Shown one piece after another: positions 1 through 8,581 of a stretch of 45,558 bases of DNA. How positions within the stretch are numbered: position 1 is the first letter of the stretch; each line of letters begins with the position of its first letter. The position numbers and the translations under genes are program-made. Below the pieces are notes generated by a model. That model worked only from the letters and a program-made list of their open reading frames with translations, searched no databases and was not told where the DNA came from. Source of the DNA: Actinomycetota bacterium (GTDB lineage Bacteria > Actinomycetota > Acidimicrobiia > Acidimicrobiales > UBA8592); assembly GCA_039029775.1 (NCBI GenBank), contig JBCCFK010000001.1:1-45558 (forward strand). Direction: 5' to 3'.

Positions 1-1140
1 CCTCGGCAGGATGGTGGCGAACAGCCGGCGGAGTTCGTTGCGGGCCAGCTGGGCACCGAGGCAGTAGTGCACGCCGAAGCCGAAGCTGATGTTGCGGTTG
101 GCGTTCTCCCGCTCGACGTCGAAGGTCAGCGGGTCGTCGAAGACCTTGGGGTCGAGGTTCGCCGCCTTGTACGACAGGTACAGCCAGTCGCCCTTCTTGA
201 TCTCCTGTCCGAGGATCTCGGTGTCCTCGGTGGCGGTCCGCATGAAGTGCCGCACCGGAGCGGTCCAGCGGATCATCTCCTCGACGGCGTTGTTCACCAG
301 GTCCGGGTTCTCCCGGACCTTCCGGAGCTGGTCCGGTCGCTCGACCAGTGCGTGCATGCCGCCCGCCATCGCCGACGACGTGGTGTCGTGGCCGGCCGTG
401 GCGACGATCACGTAGTAGCCCATCGTCTCGAGGTCGGGCATCGGCTCGTCGTCGATCTGGCCGTTGGCGATCACGGTTGCCAGGTCCTCACCCGGCTTGG
501 CCCGCCGGTCCCCGGTGAGGGTCATGAAGTAGTTGTAGAAGTCCCCGATCACCTCCGCCATCACCTCGGGCGTGGCCTCGTCGCGCTGCATGTCCGGGTC
601 CTCGCCGCCGAACAGCTCCTGGGTCAGCTGGAGCATGCGCGGAAAGTCCTCCTCGGGCAGACCGAGGATCTTCAGGATCACCTGGAGCGGGAACGGGAGC
701 GCGATGTCGGTGGCGAAGTCGCACTGGCCGTCGAATCGTTCGAGCTTCGCCAGTGCCTCGTCGCTGAGCTGCTGCAGCCGAGCATCGAGGCGCTTGATGC
801 TGGCCGGCTTGAACCAGGCGTTCGTCAGCTTGCGGTACTTCGTGTGGTCGGGCGCGTCCATGTGGATGAGCGTCTTGATCTCGAGGCCGCGGTTCTCGTG
901 GGCCTCGATGGTGGTGAGCACGGGAATCGGGCCGTTGGTGAACCGCTCGGGCTGGCGTTCGATCTCGAGCACCGCCGCGTGGTCGATCACGGCCCAGAAC
1001 GGGGTGAACCCGTCGCGCTCGATGCGATGGATGCCGCCCTGGTCGTGCAGCGCCAGGGCGGTGCGATTCCACTCGTCGAGATCGCCCCAGCGGTGGTTGT
1101 CGGTGAAGATGTCCTGCGGTGCCGGTGCGCCAATCGCCAC
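1..1140 (-). CDS. Cytochrome P450 monooxygenase (partial; the 3' end runs off the left window edge)
   Basis: The minus-strand frame is open from the window edge up to a GTG at 1140-1138, so it is absent from the ORF track. My translation reads VAIGAPAPQDIF...HMDAPDHTKYRKL...VATAGHDTTS...ISFGFGVHYCLGAQLARNELRRLFATILPR. It shows the I-helix AGxDTT motif and the Cys-ligand heme loop FGxGxHxCxG. The plus-strand ORF 67..1701 is its shadow. Confidence 0.9.
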   Translation of the reverse strand, partial: MAIGAPAPQDIFTDNHRWGDLDEWNRTALALHDQGGIHRIERDGFTPFWAVIDHAAVLEIERQPERFTNGPIPVLTTIEAHENRGLEIKTLIHMDAPDHTKYRKLTNAWFKPASIKRLDARLQQLSDEALAKLERFDGQCDFATDIALPFPLQVILKILGLPEEDFPRMLQLTQELFGGEDPDMQRDEATPEVMAEVIGDFYNYFMTLTGDRRAKPGEDLATVIANGQIDDEPMPDLETMGYYVIVATAGHDTTSSAMAGGMHALVERPDQLRKVRENPDLVNNAVEEMIRWTAPVRHFMRTATEDTEILGQEIKKGDWLYLSYKAANLDPKVFDDPLTFDVERENANRNISFGFGVHYCLGAQLARNELRRLFATILPR

Positions 1141-1295
1141 GGTTCCCCCCTCGGCTCTCGCTGCTGGAGCGACGCTACCAAAACCACAATCACGGTTCGG
1201 TATCGTCGTGGTGCAGCCGTGAAGGGTCTGGCGTCGGCCGCCACGCCCCGCTTGAATGGCAGGCGACTCAGGGCATACGAAGCGAAGGTCAGATC

Positions 1296-1967
1296 GTGGA
1301 ACGAAGCCGATGGATCTCGGATCTCCACTGGGTGCGCCCGGGGCAGCAGACGCGAAGCCAGCGCACCCAGCAGGCCTTGCTCGACGCGGCCGAGGAGCTC
1401 TTCGCCAAGCAGGGCGTCGACGCCACCTCGGTGGTGGACATCGCCGGCAAGGCGGGCTGCAGTGTCGGTGCCGTCTACCACCACTTCAGCGACAAGAAGG
1501 CGGTGCTCTACGCGCTCTTCGACCGTTTGGCCGAGGAGTTCGAGGCCACCACGCGAGATGCGGTCGACCCCGAGCGCTGGGACGGCGCCGCGGTCGGCGA
1601 CATCCTCTACGGGTACGTCGAGTTCGCGCTGGAGAACTCGCAACGGCGCCCCGGCTTCAAGACCACGGCGCTCGAGGCGGCCCGCGAGGATCCCGCGCTG
1701 ACCGGTCAGTACCGGAAGCTCCAGACCAACCTCGACGACGGGCTCTATGACCTGCTGATCGCCCGTCGGGACGAGATCGGGCACGCCGATCCCGAGCTGG
1801 CCTGCCGCTACGCCCTGGAACAGGTCGGCGCGGTGCTGCACATGCGGCTCAAGGGCGAGACCCTCGACACCCGCTTCAAGAAGCGGAAGGACGACGTGTT
1901 CCTCGCCGAGACCCTCCGTTCGGTGTGCGGCTACCTCGGCGTCGACCTCCCCGAACAGCTGCGCTGA
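1296..1967 (+). CDS. TetR/AcrR family transcriptional regulator
   Basis: Part of ORF 1119..1967. The N-terminal HTH reads RTQQALLDAAEELFAKQGVDATSVVDIAGKAGCSVGAVYHHFSDKKAV. I chose the GTG at 1296 because it lies 7 nt after GAAGG and avoids overlapping the divergent P450 start. The start is uncertain. Confidence 0.85.
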   Translation: MERSRWISDLHWVRPGQQTRSQRTQQALLDAAEELFAKQGVDATSVVDIAGKAGCSVGAVYHHFSDKKAVLYALFDRLAEEFEATTRDAVDPERWDGAAVGDILYGYVEFALENSQRRPGFKTTALEAAREDPALTGQYRKLQTNLDDGLYDLLIARRDEIGHADPELACRYALEQVGAVLHMRLKGETLDTRFKKRKDDVFLAETLRSVCGYLGVDLPEQLR

Positions 1968-1986
1968 ATCGGCCGGAGCCGAGCCG

Positions 1987-2961
1987 TCAGAACGAGGGGC
2001 CTCGGGGGACGTAGGGCTGTTCGAGGGCGGCGATCTCGTCGTCGTCCAGCGTGACGTCGACCGCGGCGACGGCATCGGTGAGGTGGTGCATCTTCGTGGC
2101 GCCGATGATCGGCGAGGTGACGTAGGGCTTGGACAGCATCCACGCCAGCGCCACCTGGGCCCGGGAGATGCCCCGGTTGTCGGCGATCTCCGCGACCTTC
2201 TGCACGATCGTGCGGTCCGACTCGTCGCCGCCGTAGCGCCTGGTCAGGTTGGGGTCGCTGTCGCTGCGGGTCGTGGTCTCGTCCCAATCGCGTGTCAGCA
2301 GGCCCCGGGCCATCGGGCTCCACGGGACGACGCCGATGCCCTGGTCCTCGCAGAGCGGCATCATCTCGCGCTCCTCCTCACGCTGGAGCAGGTTGTAGTG
2401 GTTCTGCATCGAGACGAACTTCGTCCAGCCGCGCATCTCGGACGTGTACAACGCTTTGGAGAACTGCCAGGCGTACATCGACGAGGCGCCGACGTAGCGG
2501 ACCTTGCCAGAGGCGACCACGTCGTGGAGCGCACCCATCGTCTCCTCGATCGGTGTGCGGTCGTCCCAGCGGTGGATCTGGTACAGGTCGATGTAGTCGG
2601 TGCCGAGGCGGCGCAGGCTGTGGTCGACCTCCTGCATGATCGCCTTGCGGGACAAGCCGATCGAGTTGCGGGCCCGGCCCCGCATCGGGAAGTAGACCTT
2701 GGTGGCGATGACGATCTCATCGCGGTTCGCCATCTCGTCGAGGGCCTTGCCGACGATCTCCTCGCTCGACCCCAGCGAGTAGGCGTTCGCGGTGTCGAAG
2801 AAGTTGATGCCGGCCTCGAGTGCCTGCTCGATGAAGGGCCGCGCCTCCTCCTCCGGGAGCGCCCAGTCCTGAACCCCGGGGCTCTCGTTGCCGTAGCTCA
2901 TGCAGCCGAGGCAGATTCGGGAGACGTCGAGGCCGGTGTTGCCGAGTCGGGTGTACTTCAT
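1987..2961 (-). CDS. Aldo/keto reductase family oxidoreductase
   Basis: C-terminal 324 aa of ORF 1987..3774: MKYTRLGNTGLDVSRICLGCMSYG...FFDTANAYS...IDLYQIHRWD. The ATG at 2961 is preceded by GGGGAG. The upstream part of the ORF is R/G/P-rich shadow sequence. Confidence 0.92.
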   Translation of the reverse strand: MKYTRLGNTGLDVSRICLGCMSYGNESPGVQDWALPEEEARPFIEQALEAGINFFDTANAYSLGSSEEIVGKALDEMANRDEIVIATKVYFPMRGRARNSIGLSRKAIMQEVDHSLRRLGTDYIDLYQIHRWDDRTPIEETMGALHDVVASGKVRYVGASSMYAWQFSKALYTSEMRGWTKFVSMQNHYNLLQREEEREMMPLCEDQGIGVVPWSPMARGLLTRDWDETTTRSDSDPNLTRRYGGDESDRTIVQKVAEIADNRGISRAQVALAWMLSKPYVTSPIIGATKMHHLTDAVAAVDVTLDDDEIAALEQPYVPRGPSF

Positions 2962-3048
2962 GTTCACTCCCCTGGTCTTCGTTCGAGGACCTACAGTAAC
3001 CGAATCGTGGTTCGGCTTGTCGGGCCACGACACCGCGGAGCCGACGAC

Positions 3049-3852
3049 GTGACCGACCCGGAGCCCCTGATCAGCAGTCACCCGTTCGCTGCCACGCGCG
3101 CGACCGCGGACCGGCTGCGATACGTGGTCCTGGTCGACGAGCCGATCTGCGCCTGGGGCAACGAGCGGCACTTTCTGATGGGCGGTGTCGGGTTCGGCGC
3201 GTGCATCGACGCGCTCGAGAACGCCACCGGACTGCCCACGATCTTCGCCTCGGCGCAGTTCATCTCGTTCGCGACCGTGGGCGAGACGGTGGAGCTCGCC
3301 GTCGAGCTGCCTGCCCAGGGTCGCACCATCACCCAGGGTCGGGTGGTGGCGAGCGTCGGCGACCGAGACGTCCTGCGGGTCACGGCCGCACTCGGTGGCC
3401 GCGACGCCGAACTCGATCGCAGCTGGGGGGCGATGCCCGATGTGCCGCCCCCGATGGAGTGCCCGCTGCGCCCCGTCGACCACCCGGGCATCACCAGCAT
3501 CCACACCGTGCTGGAGGATCGGACCGTGCCCTCGCCGCACGCCGGCGCGACCGGGACGAGCTGCAAGTGGATGCGGGTGCCCGGCCATGGCGAGACGACT
3601 GCCTCGCTCCTCGCCTTCTACGCCGACTTCCTGCCCCGGGCGTCGGCCATCGCCACCGGCGAGGACTTCAGCCGCAACAGCCTCGACAACGTCCTGCGCA
3701 TCCATCACGTCGTCCCCACCGAGTGGGTGCTGATCGAGACGTCGATTTCGATGGTCGCCCGGGGGACGTTCCACGGCAGCTCGCGCCTCTTTGCCGAGGA
3801 CGGGACGCTGCTGGCCACGGCAAACCAGAGCGGCATCGCCCGCACTCGCTAG
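3049..3852 (+). CDS. Acyl-CoA thioesterase II-like (double hotdog) protein
   Basis: C-terminal part of ORF 2083..3852: ...GNERHFLMGGVGFGACIDALE...QGRTITQGRVVASVGDRDVLRVTAAL...LFAEDGTLLATANQSG. It resembles TesB/4HBT_3 thioesterases. The GTG at 3049 is the first in-frame start outside the divergent AKR gene. Confidence 0.65.
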   Translation: MTDPEPLISSHPFAATRATADRLRYVVLVDEPICAWGNERHFLMGGVGFGACIDALENATGLPTIFASAQFISFATVGETVELAVELPAQGRTITQGRVVASVGDRDVLRVTAALGGRDAELDRSWGAMPDVPPPMECPLRPVDHPGITSIHTVLEDRTVPSPHAGATGTSCKWMRVPGHGETTASLLAFYADFLPRASAIATGEDFSRNSLDNVLRIHHVVPTEWVLIETSISMVARGTFHGSSRLFAEDGTLLATANQSGIARTR

Positions 3853-3881
3853 GTTCGGACCAAACCCCAGGGGGACACGCC

Positions 3882-4643
3882 ATGGACATCAACGGACTAC
3901 GAGCCATCCTCATCGGCGGCGCGTCGGGCATGGCCAGGGCCACCGCCGAGCGCATCGTCGCCGGCGGAGGGTCGGTCGCCATCCTCGACCGGGAACAGTC
4001 GTCAGGCGCGGACGTGGCCGCCGAGCTCGGAGGCTCGTGGCACCCGTGCGACGTGCTGGACTTCGACGGCATCGAGGTCGTGATCCAGGAGGCGGTCGAC
4101 GCGCTGGGCGGCCTCGACGCCGCGGTCAACACCGCCGGCGGCGGCAAGGCCGGCCGCACCCTGAGCCGTGAGGGCCCGTACAGCCTCGACGACTTCCGGG
4201 CCGTCATCGACCTCAACCTGATCGGCACGTTCAACACCAACCGCCTCTGCGCGTTCCACATGAGCAAGAACGACCCCAACGAGGACGATGAGCGCGGCGT
4301 GATGATCAACACCGCGTCGATCGCCGCGTTCGAGGGCCAGATCGGCCAGGTCTCCTACACGGCGGCCAAGGCGGGTGTGGCCGGCATGACCCTCACGATG
4401 GCCCGGGACCTCGGGTCGCTCGGTATCCGGGTCAACACCATCGCGCCGAGCTTGTTCGCCACCGGCCTGACCGCCGGCGTCACCGAGGACCGGGCCGAGA
4501 ACCTGACCAAGGACGCTGCCTTTCCCCGGCGCATGGGTCGTCCCGACGAGTACGGCCGACTGGCCATCGCCATCATCGAGAACCCCATGCTCAACGGCGA
4601 CACCATCCGCCTCGACGGCGGCCAGCGGTTCGCCCCCAAATAG
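3882..4643 (+). CDS. SDR family oxidoreductase, 3-hydroxyacyl-CoA dehydrogenase type-2-like
   Basis: MDINGLRAILIGGASGMARATA (Rossmann GxxxGxG region); NTASIAAFEGQIGQVSYTAAKAGVAGMT (YxxxK catalytic motif). The ATG at 3882 is preceded by CAGGGGGA. Confidence 0.9.
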   Translation: MDINGLRAILIGGASGMARATAERIVAGGGSVAILDREQSSGADVAAELGGSWHPCDVLDFDGIEVVIQEAVDALGGLDAAVNTAGGGKAGRTLSREGPYSLDDFRAVIDLNLIGTFNTNRLCAFHMSKNDPNEDDERGVMINTASIAAFEGQIGQVSYTAAKAGVAGMTLTMARDLGSLGIRVNTIAPSLFATGLTAGVTEDRAENLTKDAAFPRRMGRPDEYGRLAIAIIENPMLNGDTIRLDGGQRFAPK

Positions 4644-4669
4644 CCCACGAGACACCGAACGAGGAACCC

Positions 4670-5170
4670 ATGAAGAAGCTGAGCAAGGACGACCCCCGGG
4701 CCAAGCACATGGCCAGCGACGTCGACGTCGACATCGACGAGCTGCGGGCCCACCTCGCGGGCAAGAACCGGTGGGTCATCTCCACCACCCGCAAGGACGG
4801 CCGCCCGCAGATGAGCCTGGTCACCGGCGGCATGACCGAGGACGGCCGCCTCGCAGTCGCCACCTATCCCATGCGGGCCAAGGCCAAGAACGCCAAGGCC
4901 AACCCCGCAGTGTCGGTCCTCGTGATGGGAGAGGCCTTCAACTCCGAGTGGGTCCAGATCGACGGCACCGCCGAGGTCCACGACATGCCCAGCCAGGAGG
5001 CGTCCGACGCCCTGGTCGACTACTTCCGATGCATCAGCGGTGAGCACGACGACTGGGACGACTACCGCCAGGCCATGGCCGACCAGGGCAAGTCCGCCAT
5101 CATGATCACGCCCACTCGCTGGAGTCCGGTCAGCAAGGGCGGGTTCCCGCCCGAGCTCTTCGAGGACTGA
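4670..5170 (+). CDS. PPOX-class (pyridoxamine 5'-phosphate oxidase family) probable F420-dependent enzyme
   Basis: ORF 4670..5170. ...NRWVISTTRKDGRPQMSLVTGG...AKAKNAKANPAVSVLV... is typical of the split-barrel flavin/deazaflavin-binding family. Confidence 0.8.
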   Translation: MKKLSKDDPRAKHMASDVDVDIDELRAHLAGKNRWVISTTRKDGRPQMSLVTGGMTEDGRLAVATYPMRAKAKNAKANPAVSVLVMGEAFNSEWVQIDGTAEVHDMPSQEASDALVDYFRCISGEHDDWDDYRQAMADQGKSAIMITPTRWSPVSKGGFPPELFED

Positions 5171-5194
5171 GGGCCGCTTGGACGGGGCTGTGTT

Positions 5195-5794
5195 GTGGTC
5201 GTCAGAGTCATCGTCGTCCAACACGCTGAGAAGGAGCGCACAGCCGGCGATCCGGCGCTGACGCCTCGCGGTCACGAGCAGGCGATCGCCGTCGCGGATT
5301 GGGTGGGGGCGACGCATCCCGATGCGCTCGGCGTGTGGTCCAGTCCGCTCGCCCGCACACGCCAGACCGCAGACCCGATCGCTGCCGCGCTGGGTCTACC
5401 TGTTCACATCGACGATCGGCTCGTGGAGCGCATGAACTGGTCCGACGACCGGTCCCAGACGTTGGACGAGTTCTTGGCCGACTGGCGACACGCTTCCGCC
5501 GACCGGGACCACCAGCCGCTCCAAGGCGAATCGTCGCTCCAGGCCGGTGCTCGATTCGTCGACGCCCTTCGCGCGATTGCCGAGCAGGTCGTCGATGGTG
5601 TGGCGGTCGTGGTCTCCCATGGTGGTGTCACCGTGGACGCCCTCCGAACGCTCGTCGGCGACGCGGCTGTTGATGCCGCCGGTCCGACGCTCGTGACCGA
5701 CGGCGTGCCGAACGGTGCCGTGACGATCCTCTCCGTCGAGCTCGGTCAGGTCGACGTCGTCTCCTACCCGGACACCCACCACCTCGAGCGGTGA
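5195..5794 (+). CDS. Histidine phosphatase (phosphoglycerate mutase-like) family protein
   Basis: ORF 5195..5794 with a GTG start. VIVVQHAEKERTAGDPALTPRGHEQA...VVVSHGGV matches the RHG-like N-terminal and C-terminal His motifs of the family (QHAE here instead of RHGE). Confidence 0.75.
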   Translation: MVVRVIVVQHAEKERTAGDPALTPRGHEQAIAVADWVGATHPDALGVWSSPLARTRQTADPIAAALGLPVHIDDRLVERMNWSDDRSQTLDEFLADWRHASADRDHQPLQGESSLQAGARFVDALRAIAEQVVDGVAVVVSHGGVTVDALRTLVGDAAVDAAGPTLVTDGVPNGAVTILSVELGQVDVVSYPDTHHLER

Positions 5795-5812
5795 CCGGGG
5801 CTTCGGTGGCAT

Positions 5813-5832
5813 CCCCGAACCGGCGTTCGGGG
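5813..5832 (+). terminator. Stem-loop CCCCGAAC-cggc-GTTCGGGG downstream of the histidine phosphatase gene
   Basis: Perfect 8-bp GC-rich stem with a 4-nt loop, starting 19 nt after the stop at 5792-5794. There is no U-tract, which is common for actinobacterial terminators. Confidence 0.5.
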
Positions 5833-5898
5833 ACGCTGGAACCTCTCAAGTAGCGTCGGCGCTATGAACCAGCCAAGCCCTGCTGCCCAACGAGTGGT

Positions 5899-6363
5899 GT
5901 GTCGGGCGTGACGCAGCCGGATCAAGACGATGCAACGCTCGCAGATCTACGGTTCGGGCGGCTGCTCGACCGCTTCGCCGGATTGTGGGACGCCCTTGCA
6001 TCAGACGACTTTGAGCGAGCGCGCGGGTTTCTGGCGCCGGACTTTCGGCATCGCATCGTGAAACAGCTGAATTGGGCCGACCTCGACGTCGAGGGCTTCA
6101 TCGACAACATTCGTGTGTGGAAGGGCCTCGCCGGGTCTATCGAAGAGGAACGTGGTGAGCTGCTAGCAGCGACCGAAGCCGCCGCGGTATATCGCCGCGA
6201 TCTTCACGGAACCAGCGACGATGGCGTGAAGACGACATGGTCGGCCCTCGTCGTTGTCGTCGCTCGGGGCAATCAACTCACGCACTATGAGGAGTTTGAG
6301 CCGGAGGATCGCAATCGTGCACTAGCGCGGTTCTCCGAGCTCACTGCCGATACCCGCAGCTAG
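5899..6363 (+). CDS. Hypothetical protein, NTF2/SnoaL-like fold suspected
   Basis: ORF 5899..6363 with a GTG start. Size and pattern (...DFRHRIV...W.....GELLAATEAAAVYRRDLHGTSDDG...VVVVARGNQLTHYEEF) resemble NTF2-like proteins. G+C and GC3 are lower than in the neighbours. Confidence 0.55.
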   Translation: MSGVTQPDQDDATLADLRFGRLLDRFAGLWDALASDDFERARGFLAPDFRHRIVKQLNWADLDVEGFIDNIRVWKGLAGSIEEERGELLAATEAAAVYRRDLHGTSDDGVKTTWSALVVVVARGNQLTHYEEFEPEDRNRALARFSELTADTRS

Positions 6364-6440
6364 CCATCCGAGCATTCCGGCCGTGCCCAGCACTTACCGG
6401 TCCAGTCCGGGGGCATCCCCGAAGTGCCGGTGGGACGCGG

Positions 6441-6479
6441 CTGCGGACGCGTGGACGGCGCGATCGGACGCGTCCGCAG
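6441..6479 (+). terminator. 11-bp perfect inverted repeat CTGCGGACGCG / CGCGTCCGCAG with a 17-nt loop
   Basis: Read directly from the sequence. It lies about 80 nt downstream of the stop at 6363, in a 285-bp non-coding gap. The motif GGACGCG occurs three times between 6433 and 6472. Confidence 0.4.
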
Positions 6480-6648
6480 GCCTTTGGGTCGTCCGGAGAC
6501 TGTCACACCTCGTCGGTAGGCTGACCGCACCGCTTCAAAGCGTCGGTTAGCGCGGTCCGAAGAGACGAGTCGCACCGTGGTGGACGAGCTCCAACTCCGA
6601 TGCGCACCCTGCCACCACCGTCGGCATGCCCGTGGGTGAGGACCACAC

Positions 6649-6999
6649 TCAGCAGCGGGCACCCCAGTGTTCGACGGCCTTGCCGTCGGCCGCCCGCACG
6701 ATCTCGATCGACTGCCGGTCCACTTCGGTGCCATCGATGCGGACACCACGCCAACGGAGCCTGGCGACGGCTCGATCGTCGGCGCCGAACAGGTCCTCGA
6801 TGGTGACGGTCTGCTCCCGGTGAGCTGCGTGGTTGGTCCGGACGACGTGGACGAAGCCGTCGAGTCCCACGAGCTGCTCGCCGCCCAGACCCTGGCGATC
6901 GACATAGTCGGCCGCCACGATGTCGCCGGCTCCGGTCGGATCTCCGGAGTCGAACATCGTCACCATCGCTTCGAGCACGTCGGTCGCCGATCGCATCAC
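6649..6999 (-). CDS. SnoaL-like / ester cyclase family protein
   Basis: ORF 6649..6999: ...MFDSGDPTGAGDIVAADYVDRQG...GLDGFVHVVRTNHAAH...TIEDLFGADDRAVARLRWRGV...IEIVRAADGKAVEHWG, typical of predicted ester cyclases (NTF2 superfamily). Confidence 0.8.
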   Translation of the reverse strand: MMRSATDVLEAMVTMFDSGDPTGAGDIVAADYVDRQGLGGEQLVGLDGFVHVVRTNHAAHREQTVTIEDLFGADDRAVARLRWRGVRIDGTEVDRQSIEIVRAADGKAVEHWGARC

Positions 7000-7047
7000 C
7001 GCATGGTCGCACTCGCCACGGGCGGCGACAATGGATTTCCGCGGGTC

Positions 7048-8526
7048 TCAGCTCCCCCGGGGCGCGCTGTACTGCTCGCCTCGGGCCAGCGGCAGCCCCG
7101 ATCCGTCGTTCAGTCGCGACCAGAGCTGCGCGCCCTCGCCCGTCAGGCCGTCGGGCCCGCCGTACACGACATTGAAGGCACCGGCGTTCCTGACGCCGGC
7201 CAGGTCCTCGAGGTGGACACTGAAGACGGCATCGTCGAACCCGTCGCCGTTCACATCCAACGCGACGATCGACCAGCCGAAGAGGTCCGACGCCTGAGGG
7301 CTGCCGGGGATGTCGCCGCCTGTCCGGTCGCCGCGTTGGGACCAGAACTGGTCGCCGAACGCTGTCAGCCCATCCGCACTGCCGTAGATCAGGTTCGCGC
7401 CGCCCGCGTTGCGCCGAGTGCCGACGTCTTCGAGCGTTGCGTCGATGATCAGGTCGGCCCGGCCGTCCGCGTCGAAGTCGCCGGTGACCACGCCCGCCCG
7501 GCTGCCGATGCGGTCGATGCGCTCGATCTTGCCCCGGACGCCCCGGCCCTGGTGCCAGATCTGGTTGCCGTCGGTGGTGATGCCGTCGGCCGATCCGTAC
7601 AACACGTTCGCCGCGCCCGCGCTGGTGACGCCGGCCAGGTCCTCCCAGGGGACGGCGACCGCAACGTCGTCGAAGCCGTCGCCGTCGAAGTCGTCGACGG
7701 CCACGCTGGCGCCGAAGCGGTCCTTGAACTGCGGCGCGCCCCGGACCGGTCCTGCTTGCGAGAAGCGCTGGACGGCGTCGTAGTCGAAGCTGCCGCCGTC
7801 GCCGAGGAGCACGTCCACGACGCCGGCGAGCTCGACCCCTGCGACCGTCGAGTCGCGGCGCCCCACGACGATGTCGGCCTGACCGTCACCGTTCACGTCT
7901 CCGATGTCGATCGATGATGCGGGGCCCACGCCCTGGGATGCGCCGGTCTCGATCGCACCGGCTGCCTCATCGGTGCGAATGCCGTCCGGCGTGCCCGAGA
8001 AGATGACCAGCTGCCCGACGTCGTCATCAGTGTCATCCCCGACGACGAGGTCGTCGTAGCCGTCCCCGTCGACATCGCCGACCGCGATCGTCCAGTTGGT
8101 GAAGCCGGGCGGCATGCTGATCTGGGACCACGTCGACGGATCCAGCCCCTCGCCGGTTCCGAAGACCGCGAACAGTCTCCGCCGCTTGGCGACCAGGAGG
8201 TCGTCGAACCCGTCCCCGTCGAAGTCGCCCCAAGGCTTGTCGATCGCGACCGCGAGTTCGCCCGGGGCCGCGGGAGCGATGTCATCCTCGACGATGACCT
8301 GCGTGAGCGAGGGATCGGGACCGCCAGGCCCTCCGTACATCACGGTGATCGTGGCCTGCTGCGAGAGTTGCGGCTGCGTCGGCGTGGCGATGTCGCTGTA
8401 GCCGTCGCCGTTGAAGTCGGACGGGGCCGGGGTCGCGGGCTGAGCCGGTACCGGCGGAGCGGTGGCCACCACCGAGGCAGCGAACGCCAGAGCGGTGGCA
8501 ATGGTCAGCAGGGTTCTCAACGGCAC
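7048..8526 (-). CDS. Secreted FG-GAP/VCBS repeat (integrin-alpha-like beta-propeller) protein
   Basis: Part of ORF 7048..8625. About seven DxDGDGxxD calcium-loop repeats are present: DFNGDGYSDI, GDFDGDGFDDLLV, GDVDGDGYDDLVV, GDVNGDGQADIVV, DDFDGDGFDDVAV, GDFDADGRADLII, LDVNGDGFDDAVF. The signal peptide reads LRTLLTIATALAFAASVVATAPP. The start is GTG 8526 or TTG 8520, just after GAGGAAGGAG. Confidence 0.88.
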   Translation of the reverse strand: MPLRTLLTIATALAFAASVVATAPPVPAQPATPAPSDFNGDGYSDIATPTQPQLSQQATITVMYGGPGGPDPSLTQVIVEDDIAPAAPGELAVAIDKPWGDFDGDGFDDLLVAKRRRLFAVFGTGEGLDPSTWSQISMPPGFTNWTIAVGDVDGDGYDDLVVGDDTDDDVGQLVIFSGTPDGIRTDEAAGAIETGASQGVGPASSIDIGDVNGDGQADIVVGRRDSTVAGVELAGVVDVLLGDGGSFDYDAVQRFSQAGPVRGAPQFKDRFGASVAVDDFDGDGFDDVAVAVPWEDLAGVTSAGAANVLYGSADGITTDGNQIWHQGRGVRGKIERIDRIGSRAGVVTGDFDADGRADLIIDATLEDVGTRRNAGGANLIYGSADGLTAFGDQFWSQRGDRTGGDIPGSPQASDLFGWSIVALDVNGDGFDDAVFSVHLEDLAGVRNAGAFNVVYGGPDGLTGEGAQLWSRLNDGSGLPLARGEQYSAPRGS

Positions 8527-8581
8527 TCCTTCCTCGAACACGATGTCACGACCAGGAGGACGCGGGCCGACCGTCAGTCGT

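Noticed and set aside
1141-1295. Imperfect inverted repeat ACCAAAACC...GGTTCGGT in the P450/TetR divergent spacer as a TetR operator
   Set aside because: The arms are short and mismatched, so I cannot distinguish this from chance. A TetR operator probably exists in this spacer, but I cannot locate it confidently.
67-1701. 544-aa plus-strand ORF, together with many other long ORFs in the track (for example 9970..11805 -, 13252..14970 +, 13397..14656 -, 22814..24340 -, 28325..29602 -, 32857..34485 -, 35595..36992 +, 44596..45552 -)
   Set aside because: Their translations are low-complexity R/G/P/A/D-rich strings with no family motifs. Each lies antisense to, or out of frame with, a gene that has clear family signatures. 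These are the expected stop-poor shadow frames of about 70% GC DNA.
1987-3774. Long N-terminal extensions of several ORFs in the track (1987..3774, 2083..3852, 3201..4643, 14871..16652, 25311..26519, 30321..31640, 39340..41154, 41762..42601)
   Set aside because: The recognisable domain begins at an internal ATG/GTG, often with a GGAG-like RBS or a 4-nt overlap with the upstream stop. The extension overlaps a neighbouring real gene and translates to R/P/G-rich sequence without recognisable motifs.
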